DNA of 64,000 nt from contig NC_042999.1 in the NCBI RefSeq assembly GCF_006345805.1, positions 87,234,001 through 87,298,000 of the forward strand, given 5' to 3'. Below are positions 50,401 to 62,400 of the stretch, piece after piece. How positions within the stretch are numbered: the stretch's first letter is position 1; every line of letters begins with the position of its first letter. Under the pieces are notes generated by a model. The model searched no databases and had not been told where the DNA came from. It worked only from the letters and a program-made list of their open reading frames with translations. This DNA is from Octopus sinensis. Taxonomy: Eukaryota. Position numbers and translations under genes: made by a program.

Positions 50401-53400
50401 GCTTCCAAGAAATTCACAAACCACTTCTAATAAAAATACAATACTGCTGCTTGTACAAGAGTTATTTTATCTAAAACTTGAACCCGTGTTTCTTGTCTGT
50501 TAGACGTTTGCGTAAAGCACTTCTAATTTATTTAAAGGATTGGCACTTTTAGTTAAATACTAAATCATAGAAAACTGTAGTGCAATGTCAATTGTTATAA
50601 AACCACTTTTGTAATCATCATTTAACGTCTGTTTTCCATGCTAACATCGGTTGGACAGTTTGACTGGAAACTGGTAAGCTGGGAGCTGCACCAGGTTCCA
50701 GTCTGATTTGGCATGGTTTCTACAGCTGGATGCCCTTTCTAATGCCAACCACTCCAAGAGTGCATGGGTATTATTTACATGCCACCGGTTTACATAAGTT
50801 TACTTTGTGCCCATAGCAATTTCATGTAAATAATATAATAGCAATAGAAATGATTGAATCTTCAAAAGAAGCTGTAATAACTATTTACACTGTGTTAGTA
50901 GATATCAGTTGAGCATTTAATAAATTCAAGCTTTATTTAAATTGACTTTCAATGTGGGTTATTTCAGTATAATTTATGAACATTCCTATGAAGACTTTAC
51001 CCTTAAAACCTTATATGATATTAACAACTCTTGAAACTATATTCATCTTTAAGCATTTGCATGCTATTAAGCTACATTTGACAGAACTACTTTATCTAAA
51101 TTTCTAGCAAACTTCGTTTCTCTTGAAAATTTTGCAATAATTTTGGGTGCTCTGCCTCTGATGTCATGTTAATTATTTTCAAAAAATAATTCCATTTAGT
51201 TGACCATTGGATTTGGAGAGCAACACAAGCTCACCATTCATAAACAGTTGACCTCAGAGTCTGTTAATGAATATGTATGATCTCTTCACTAACTATGCTT
51301 AGACTAACTGATGCATACAGAGATGAATATATTTTTGATTCAATCATAACTGAAATCTCTTCTCAATTTCAAAGTAGACTACTAGAAAACAAATTAATGC
51401 TTTTGACTTCAATCACTGCTTAAGTTTATTTTTGGGAAATCATAAAAAAATCTCAGACTTATAAACTTAGCTTTTCAAGTAGAAAATAGTGAATAATATT
51501 TGCTGATGTGGCTAGAAGAAAATTTTTCAATCAAGGAATAAATGAAACTTATAAAAAAGGCTTCCTCTTGTGCAGCTATACCTCATCAGCTTAAAGATTA
51601 TTTGTGAAAGGATTTTTCATGACATGATTACACCAAATGTCCAGTTTGTAATTCTACTTGTTTCAAGTGTAAAACAAAAGGTCATTTTCTTCAAAAGGCT
51701 GTAGATCTTTGAAAGAGCTAGTAGGTGTTTCTATTCTGTGATACTTGCCTGTGTACCTTATGTACTAAAGAACTTCATTAACTTAGACTTTCACAAAACC
51801 TTCTCTAAAAGAACATGTTGACTCAGGTAGGCTCCAAAATTTCAATTCTGAATCAGTTGTGTTTAAGCTAGTTAGCCAACTAAAGGTTACAAGAGTATGA
51901 TGCCAGTGGCTTCAGTTTTGACAACACCAATCAAGAAATGTGAACTACAATGAAAGAATAAGAGACCACCTATACTGTCAAGTATTTTTCTATATATTAC
52001 ATGACAGCTGTCAGACGTTATTCTTGATATTTTCTGTGCAAGCATTTGTCCTTTAAAAGTATAATTTAGTAGCAGTTAATTAGACCAAAAGATCTGGCCT
52101 TGTTAAAATTTGATTCCCTAGATCTTCTCAATTTTTTTGCCAAATTTCAAACTTGTTAATATGAAATCATACAAGTCCAATGCCTAGTTTATTTGGTCAA
52201 AAGTGACTTGGATATTCAGAGAAGATATAGTCAAGCCAATTGACTCATCTCAGCATATACAAGTAGACTGTTAATGGCAACAGCAGATGAGGCTTGTAGC
52301 TCATACACTCAGACACTTACTGCCCAGCTTACATGGATTTAATTAACAAAATATCTTCTTGCAAGATATTTAGTGTTACATCCTGGTGATAAATTTATTG
52401 TTGCTTTTGGTGGTCTCACAAATGCCTTGAGTGTTTCTAGTGAATTATAGAGAATTTTATTTATTTGACAGGTACATATTTAGATAACACCTTCATAAGT
52501 GATAGGTCCAATGAGGTATATAACAATAATTTATCTGAATTCTTCATAGTTGCTTACCTATAATAATAATAATGATAATAATAATAATAATGATAATGAA
52601 ATTATTGTATACAGTGCTCAGGTGCACCACAACTTGTCAAAAGTGCATATAAAATATATGCAGTAATGTACAAATGTCTGGAAAGCGAACAGTGTATGAG
52701 TCAGATACATGCTTGCGTGTGTATGGAGGGGGGAAAATAATGGTGTAGTGTTGGCGAATCTCAGGAAGCATGGAAGTTTTGAAGGATGCAGTGCTCCGAC
52801 AACTAACATCTGATGCTGGCAGTCTGTTCCATGCTTCAGCAACTCTTAGTGTGAAAAAATGTTTCCAAAAGTCATGGGAGCTGTACTGTTTTCTGACTTT
52901 GTAAACATGTCCACGGGTGTTAGACGGGTAGAGTTTGAAAAGGTACTCAGAGTTATTGTTTGTAAGATGGTTAATAATTTTATGGGTGTCTGCCAAGTCA
53001 GCTGCCAGATGTTGGAGTTTCAATGTATCCATGCCCAGGGAAGTAAGGCGTTCAGAATATGGCAAATGCCTGATGGAGGGTATTCTCTTGGTTGCACGTC
53101 GCTGAACGGCTTCCAGACGATTAATATCCTGGGCAAGATCGGGGTTCCAGACTGGTGATGCAAATTCCAGGTGAGGTCGTACCATAGCTATATAAAGCTG
53201 CAGATAGATAGCCGGAGAGCAGCTCACAAAGGACTTGGTGAGTGATGCCAAGACACCCTCAGCCTTCTTGGCAATTTTAGCGATGTGTTTTGTCCAATGC
53301 AAATCGCTGTCGACAATAATGCCCAGGTCATGTTCACAAGAAGACTTTTTGAGATTAGTGTTGTGGAGGGAGTAAGTAGACGCTGGGTTTTTCCTCCCAA

Positions 53401-56400
53401 AATGCATGGTGGTACATTTGTCCACAGCCAGCTTGAGTTGCCAGTCCACGATCCACTGCTGCATAGTGTCCAGGTCTGATTGCAATAAAGATCTATAGTG
53501 TACAGGATCTGTCCTCTTTATTTTGAGGTACCGCTTGATGTCATCTGCATATTTCAGCACTGTGGCATTCTTTAAGTTGGCATCTATGTCATTAACATAT
53601 GCAACAGATAAAAGGAGGCCAAGAACAGATCCCTGTGGTACACCAGATGTCATCTCATAGGGTGAAGAGTGCTGTCCTAGAACTGTGACAACTTCTCTTC
53701 GGCTGATAATAAAGGACTTCAACCAGTTATAGAGATCATCTCTTACACCCATCGCAGAGAGTTTCATCATAAGTCTTTTTGTGTGGCACAGAATTAAAAG
53801 CCTTAGCAAAGTCCAAGTAAACAACATCCACCAGGATCCGCAATCAGTGATTTGGGTAATGTCCTCAAGAAACTCGATGAGTTGATTACAGCAGCTGGAG
53901 TTAGGAATATATAATATTGAGTATTATTAATTAGGTCATTGAATAATAATGTAGATTTTCCAACTAAACCTCTCAGTAGTTTAGGTTATTAAATTAACCA
54001 TAATGATAGTATTCTATATTTTTGAGATGAGGAATTATGTACATTATTCACAATGGACAGATAGGTGTCCTCATCTTGTTTGTTGTTATCACGTTTCGGC
54101 TGATGTACTCTCCAGCCTTCATCAGGTGTTCTGGTGGAATTTTGAACCCAGCCCCTTATTTGACTAATGGGGTACACTATTCTCATTCCTAAGGTATGTT
54201 GCTCATGTTATTTTTCTGTTGATATTAGTTTTCAAGTATCTGCCTGGGATTGAACTTAGAATCTGAGAGTTACTTGCCTGCGCTCTCATCCACTACGCTA
54301 TATGCCTGTGGGTATAACATCAGCAACATACCTTTGGAATGAGAATACTGAATTAGTCCGTTTAAAGAAAAGTCTATGCCCACTGATAAATGACCTTTAT
54401 CTCATGACTTCTGAAAAAGTAAGACCTCTAATCAATGTTTAGTTTTTGCCATTGGATAAACTGAAAAACAGTTATTATCATATCTGTCAAGGCTAAAGTA
54501 AGTGAACATATTCTGTTTACTGGCAAAATAGACATCTCTAAGGCAAGCATTGTAATAATTTTAAACAAAATGTCTCGCCAATAATATGCTTTCTTGATCA
54601 CTAAGTTCTGCTGAGAAAAATCCTTGCAATAGTAGTAAAAGAGGCTTATGCAAAAGTTGAGGCTCCCAGAAAGGGGTACAACTTATTTCAGGCAAATGAT
54701 TTGTACTAATGACTGATCAGAAATCTGTTGTTTATATGTTCAAGATAAAACACAATAATTAGATAAATATGAAAATATCATGTTGATAATTCTTGCTGTT
54801 TTCTTTTGAAATCTTACATCATCTTTTATATCTTGATCCTCTCTAGCCCTAGTATTACATGGTTGATGCATTTTCTTCTGATAGGAAATTGCCAGCCACA
54901 ATACTGTCATTTAGAACTACATCAGCTTATCAAGTTTATGCATTTTTTTTACCACATCAGCTTTGATTTTAAGGATCTGTTACCCTTATCATCTATTAAT
55001 AAATAACTGTTGATTGTTATTGAGGAATAGTTCTGTTTCCCCATTTGCATTCTTATGTTGTGAAATTTCTCTTTCAACTATCATTTCTTGCTTGATCACC
55101 ATGTTTTCTATTTTTGGTTTACCTAGATATGTTCATTTAGATTAAGGAACCTCATTCATGTTTTCTGAACTGGAGTCATTCTTGCATCACATAAATGTCC
55201 CAAAAGTTGCTCTTCCCCATACCACCAACCTTCTTTATATAGACAGTGTGAGTGTTAGGTTGATATTGTTTGGAAAACTGACATTAACTCTTGAATCTGA
55301 AAAAGATTTGATACATCTGATGTGCCTGACAACTATGTTCTGCAGTCCTTATTATGGACATCCATAAAGTCAACATGTCATAAATGTGTCTTCACTTTTC
55401 CTAGAAAAAAAAATAAGGTTACAAGAATAAGCTTGCCAACTGAGATACATTCATAATAAGGAGACTTTAGTTTAAGATGTTGAAATATAGGAACCAAATC
55501 CTCAATATTACTTCATGTATTCATGTTTCTAGTAGTCAAGAAGACAACATAGCAATTAGGACATGGCCCAGATAAAGCAGAGAAGCCAAGTGAGACCATA
55601 GTGGTGGTTGATGCTAGTGTCAGATTAATGCCACCCGTGCCGGTGGCACATAAAAAGCATCCACTACACTCTTGGAGTGGTTGGCATTAGGAAGAGCATC
55701 CAGCCATAGAAACCTTGCCAAATCAGATTGAAACCTGGTGCAGTTCCCTGGCTTATCTGTTTTCAGTCAAACCATCCAGTCCATGCTAGCATGGAGTGTG
55801 GATGTTAAATGATGATGATGATAGGTATACGTGTGCTCGAACCGAAAGTGTCACTATTCCTGAAAATTGCTTTGTCTGCTTTGACTCTTCATAAATCACT
55901 TCTACACAGCATTATAAACTAAAGAACTCTCTACTGGCTTTGTGCTGTATTGATCTACTCACCATTTAAAAAAATCCATTGAATAATATTACTTCTGAAT
56001 ATTTTGTATTATATGGTTATACTTAAAATTATTGCTATTTTGAGACATTGTTCTGATTCTGTTGGATGTATGTAGTGTATATTTGTGTGTGTTGGGGACT
56101 GTAATAACTGTATGTAAATTACGCTTTATTATAATAATAGAAATAGTTGAATTTCCACTAGACACTGTGATTACTACCTGCTACTGTTATAAGTTATAGT
56201 AAGACAACAGGATAATGTCATTAGTTGGAGAGGTTAGGAAGGTAAAGAAGTGGGATGAAATACTGTAACTGAATGGATTAAGAGAAGTAAAGTTAAAAGG
56301 AGTTAAAAGCAATTAAGAATAAGACAAAAAGTGAAAAATGTTTTTTATAAAATTTTATTTTTTAAGAAATCTCAGAAATTGCTTAAAGAAAAGATATTTA

Positions 56401-59400
56401 AAAGTTTAATAATCTTCAAAAAACATTTTAAGAAAATGTTTCTAGAACAATTCACAGAATCTCAAAAATTCTCAAAGAATTTCAAAATATATTTGTAAGT
56501 TTCAGAGTTATGAAATTTTAAAAGCTTCAAAAGCTTATAAATTACTATCTATTGTCCATCTGAAAATATCTGTCAATCTTTTAATACAATAAAGTCTGAT
56601 CCATTGGTGTGGATTATTCTATTCTCCAGTACAGAATCATGTTTATTTAATCTTTTTATTTCTTATCTTGGGCAAAAATCACTCAAGGATTTTTCTTTTC
56701 TAATACTTAAATGCAAAACTATGAAGATGAACCATTGTGTTATCTTATTTTCTTGTCTACTGTTGGAAACCGATTCGCTCATCTACAACTTCAATTTTTG
56801 TAAATATTGACCAGTAGTGAGTCAGTCCTGTTGATGTTGTTGGTACATAAAATGTTTTGTGCTATACTCAATTACCAACTATTTGTTATACATTCTAGCA
56901 TTGTCACAGCATTTGTATTTATCTGATATTCAACAGAAACTCACTTAAAAGTAGAAAGAAGTAAAATACTTGTAAAATGTTTAAATAAAAAAAAAAGAAT
57001 ACTTTTTATTTATTTGATCATTACATGTCTACAGTACTAGTAGATGTCAAAAACTAAATTTTATTTCTGCTGTAAGTGGGCTTTGTACCAAATTTTTTTT
57101 ACTGGTGGGTACAAATGTTTGATGTCCTTTTCTTCATCAATATGAAGATGTGAAAGTATTTACCAGAAGTTTTAAATGGGTAAAAAATGTTACAGCTATT
57201 GTATTGCCTATGTTTCTTTTGTAGTCATTATTACTTCCGGATGCTTGGTACCCTTTGACCAGTGTTTTCCCCCCTGAAAAGTTGAAATGTGGACAGTTAA
57301 GTAGCCTCCAGCTTGAAGGGATACTCTATGCTGTAAGTAAACAAATTATTGTCTCCTTAATAATCAGTCATTACACCACATTTCCCTGTTCATTTGTCAT
57401 GACTATTGAGTTTACTTTTAGAAGAATGAGAACTTCATTGAATGATTGCAACTTAGATGTTTGTACATTGTGTGTGTGTGTATGTGTGTGAATTTATGGA
57501 ATACTCTGCTATTTCACCACCTTTTATGAGAATGATTTATTTCTTTTTACTGCTACTGTTTCATTTCTTTTGTGATCTCCTATGTGTGCACCAAGTAAAG
57601 AAACAATTGTTATTAGCACAGTAAAATTGCTGAAAATCAGGTGTTTGGATTTGCATATGCTACATTTCTAGTAAAAACATCTGTCATTTTCCTCTGTGTA
57701 TTCTTTGTTAAGCCATCTGAAGTAAAAGCAGTTCATTATCTGCTGTTAATATGGAGTAAAGTAAATAATTGTCATTCATCTCGGCTGAAGTAATAATTTC
57801 TTTTGAATTCTCATTTTTCTCATCCATGCATTATTTATAGTTACAGTTTTCGACGACAATGTTATTTGCTTTTTCAGTGCCAGAAGCATCAAACAGTGCT
57901 ACCTAATGGGCATCGGGCTGGGTTTTTTATTGGTGATGGAGCTGGAGTTGGCAAAGGAAGACAGGTGAGTAGAATTGCTTGACATTTCTTGTTTTAAAAC
58001 AATTACCTATCAGTTTCAAGTTATATATTTACTGTATTTATTTGCTTTTTACTTTTATTGTTTCTACCTGTCTTATTGCATTAGGATGTAACTTCTTGTG
58101 ATATGTAAATCATCATCGTCATCGTTTAATGTCCGTTTTCCATGCTGGCATAGGTTGGATGGTTTGATTGAGGTCTGGAGAGCCAGCGGCTGCACCAGAC
58201 TCCGATCTGATCTGGCAATGCTTCTACAGCTGGATGCCCTTCCTAATGCTAACCACTCCGAGAGTGTGTGGGTGCTTTTTATGTGCCACTGGCACAGGAG
58301 CCAGTCAGGTGGACCTGGCATCGATCATGTTCGGTTAGTGCTTTTTTACGTGCCATCGGCACAGGGGCCAGTCAGTGGGTACTGGCATTGGCCACATTCA
58401 GATGGTTCTTTTTATGTGTCACCACCACATGGTTTTACTATTCTAATTCATATAGTATGAATATATTTCTGTATTATTCTGATAATGGTAGCTGTGGCAC
58501 TTAGACTTGTTATGCAGTGGAAAGTTGATTTTTAACTAAAATGACATGCCAGCCATTTAAATCACACACACACCATTATATTCACTTTTGCTTTTTTATA
58601 TTAATATTATTAAGTCCCAAAATACATCTGGCATCTGTCAACTAGTCACTGACAGTTGTTGGTCAGTTCTTAAGGGCTGTAAGGATGATTTTTTTTGTTG
58701 CTTTTTAAAAATTTAATTTTTAATACTTTTCAATTCCCTGACCCTTGAATTAATTATGCATGGCCTCATTGCTTCAAGACTTTGTTGATGTGATCATTTA
58801 TTTCTGGAATGGTATTGTTGGATGGGTGTGAGAGGTCATAAAACAGGTAGAATATTTGGTTGAGAATATGGTCAGTTTAATTGCTAAAGGTTTAAGTGAT
58901 ATTTAAAATAAATTGAATGTGTTTGCAAAAGGAAATCACTGATATTTCCGTTCATAATGGGTGAAACTCTGTTAACCAATTTAGCCATGCCATTGAATGT
59001 ACTTAGCACTTAATTGGGTTCTTATCGAGTTTTCTCATATGTTCATGTCATTTAATGACTAGTGCCTCTTTTTCAATAAAATATGAATTGAACTACAATT
59101 CATTGCCAGAGAAATATCTTCCCAAAGCATAGAATTTTACCATTCATTATTAAGATATTAAGTTTTTAATCACTTTATATTTTTTGATATTTTTTTTACT
59201 AGTTTTCAAGAAGTTTGGCTAATTTTCTATATTTTTATTTCAGGTATCTGGTATTATACTTGACAACTACTGCCGGGGCCGTCTGCGACATATTTGGTTC
59301 AGTATCTCTGCAGATCTTGTTGTTGATGCCAGAAGGTAGAACTTGTTTTCCAAGAATATTTTTGTGTATTACTGTTTTATTATGTGATAGAAGTGACAGA

Positions 59401-62400
59401 AGAATCACTAGATTCTTTGATCAGTTTCCTTTTTATCATAATTGTAAATCATAAGTTAGTGGAATGGGTTAAATTGTTGAGTTCTAGGCTGAGTGCTCTT
59501 AGTTTAGTAGTGAGAGTGGAGAAAGAGACGTTGCATTCCTGTGTATTTCATAAAAGGTGGGTGGGAGCAGTGAGCTTCCTGGGGCTAAATAGACCAATTT
59601 TGATTAAACAACTGGCAAAAAACAAAGAGAGAATACTTAAGTCTTTGATGCGTCAGAGTGATTCAGTGTTTTGTGTGGGTTAACCTGAATTGCCCTAAGT
59701 TATTGTTCCTCCTACTGGGAACCTTGTTGACATTTTCTTTATTATTTGTTCTTGTTGATTTTGCCCATTTTTACTTGATGTTAAACCCTTCATCTTTGCA
59801 TTGTTCCCAAAGTCTTTGGCACGTGTGGTCAATAAAAGAAACTCTTTATTGCTTGGATCTCTAGAGCAGAGGGGACAATGCTCTAGTATTTAGTGCCTTT
59901 ATGTTCTGATTTTAAATTCTGCTGTAGTTGGCTTTGCTTTTTGTGTTTCCAAACTATTAAAATAAATTATCAGTCAAATATATGGTTTAGTCTGTTTAGG
60001 TGTAAATATTATCTGACCCCCCCACTTCCTCAATATTTTTGGATCTATCCTATGATAGAAACCATCATCATTTTTTTCTTTTTCAATTTTATTTTACTAT
60101 TGCAGTGCTCCATCATGGTCACAGCCAAATGGTTGAACCAGTTAAAGAGTATTAAAGGCTTAATGTTTGTCAACAAATAAGGAATACTAGTTGTGAAAAT
60201 AAATTGTTAGTCTTGTTACACTCTTACTGGATTTATTAACGTCTTTGTGTTATACTCCTGGATAAGTTATAATACTTTCCTGGTTTTGGTTTGTCTGGAT
60301 AAAGAAAATATTCCACACTTACTTCATTTGAATGGTTTGCAATAATAAAACTAAGTCAAAAGCTATTGCTCTTACATTCCTTTTAGAGAACTCTGTGCAA
60401 AGTAGATATTAATCATTAGTTACTAGAATGTCTAATCTAATATGTATTAGTTGGAGGGACACTATTCTGACTATTACATAGTATAAAAATTCCTCATCAG
60501 AGAAATACAGAATTGACTAACCAAATGTTAGATATTTAAACAAACCTGCTTAACTTACACCAATATGGAAATTAGTATGTAATTCACTAATTGATATTTT
60601 TTATTTAGTAAGAATTTTAGCATGTACTGAATTTATATTTTTTTCCAGAGATTTGCGGGACATAGGCTGCCATATTAAAGTGATAGATGGTTGCAATGAA
60701 CTTGACAGAAATACTCGGTAAATAAAAACCTATTTATATTTTTATTGTTTTATAATTAGCTTCACTTGATGCAGAAACCTCATATTTCTTTATTCTTTAC
60801 TGTTTTCAGTTGTTTGTAAGGGTGGATTATGAGGAAATTGATTTGTTTTGTAAATAGTTGGAATTTATGACTAATTAGGTATAAATATTATTAGCAGTGT
60901 CTCATAATAAGATAATAGAGACACATCAGAAGGCTTCATATAAGGATTCAAAATTATGGTTATATGTTAAATCAGTATTGCAGCTAATGAAATACTTGTT
61001 AATTGTTCAATGCATTTGTTACTTATATATCTGTGAGCCATATTTTCTCATTTTCTGTCTTTGTATTTGTGAAAGAAGAAGTAATGCTCACAATCTTTCC
61101 TTGGTCTCCCACACTATGAAGGTAAATCACCTGATATTCAGCTTGAAGTTGGGGATGATGTGTTTGATGCTATGCTCAAAAGGCTGATTTTCTTGTTTGA
61201 ATGGAGACACAACACTTGAGCTATCCGTCCTTTTATCTACTAAGCTGACTGCAACTGTCTTAATATAGATGCTAATAAGTGTGATGGTATGGTAATACTG
61301 CTTGAAATAACAGTATAATTTTTATTGTTCGTTTCTTGCATTCACTCTTATTGGGCATTATCATTGACAATTATTAATATCTCAAATATTACTAAATTTT
61401 GTAATTTGCAATCGTACTTGTCTGAATCAATTAGTAGAGAAGATAACTCATGTTCTAGTGAACAAGAAGTCAATATTTTTATGTTACAAATAATAAAAAA
61501 AAAAATGAAAATACTGCAGTGAGTTTTTAGTTAACGTAACAATGTTCAGAAGGGTTTGTGTTGTTTTGCATCAAATTTTCTTTAATTAGGAAATATTGTT
61601 TGAACACTATTATGTACAACGGGAAGCACCTTCCATGATCATCTTTTATTTTCTTAATTTAAAAGTTGCTACAATGCTCTAATCTTAAATCTGTAAAGCT
61701 TTACTGTTTTGCATTTGTTTTGCAGAGTATTTGGACTGTCACCAGATTTTAAGGAAGGTGTTGTATTTAGTACATACGCAACACTTGTCTCTTCTGTTCA
61801 GAGAGGTGGTAAGTAATTTTAATGTATTAATGTTTCAAAATACATGACTAGCAGTTTTTAGATTTGATGCATCATATTCCTACTTGTTAGAAGCAACTAA
61901 AAGAGTTGAGGTTAGAGAAAGGAATTGACTGTAAAGCACTTCCTTTCAAAGCCCTGTCTAACACATACAAGCATGGAAAAACAGATATAAAAGAGATGGT
62001 GAAGATATAAAATAAGTAGAAGTGTTTTGTCCAGAGAAATCAGTTGATTTATTTTTCATTCTGTATTCTCTGAACACTAACAAAGAAATTTAATATAGTT
62101 TGATGGAATGGTTGAGAAAGCAGTTTATATATCAGGAATATTGGTTCTTGTACAAAAAACGTCTTTTAGCATGGTCATATAAAATGTATGTCAGATGAAA
62201 TTTTGCTTGGAATTTGTAGGACAAAAGCAAGGTGAAGGAAAGTTAGGATAAAGTAGCTTGATGAAATCACAGAATATCAGGTTTTGGTAACTATTAGTTT
62301 TGTAGTTTCATTCATTGGAGTGCAGCTATGCTGGGGTTCCATCTTCAAGGGGGATTGCCAGTTGCATTGATCCCATTATTTGTTTCAGTCTGGTCCTTAT

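Noticed and set aside
52859-53479. + strand ORFs overlapping the CR1 element
   Set aside because: These are antisense shadows of the RT frame.
54240-54310. Functional tRNA gene (likewise SINE heads at 8345, 21257 and 38385)
   Set aside because: The boxes are present but the acceptor and anticodon stems do not close properly, and the sequence is embedded in repeats.
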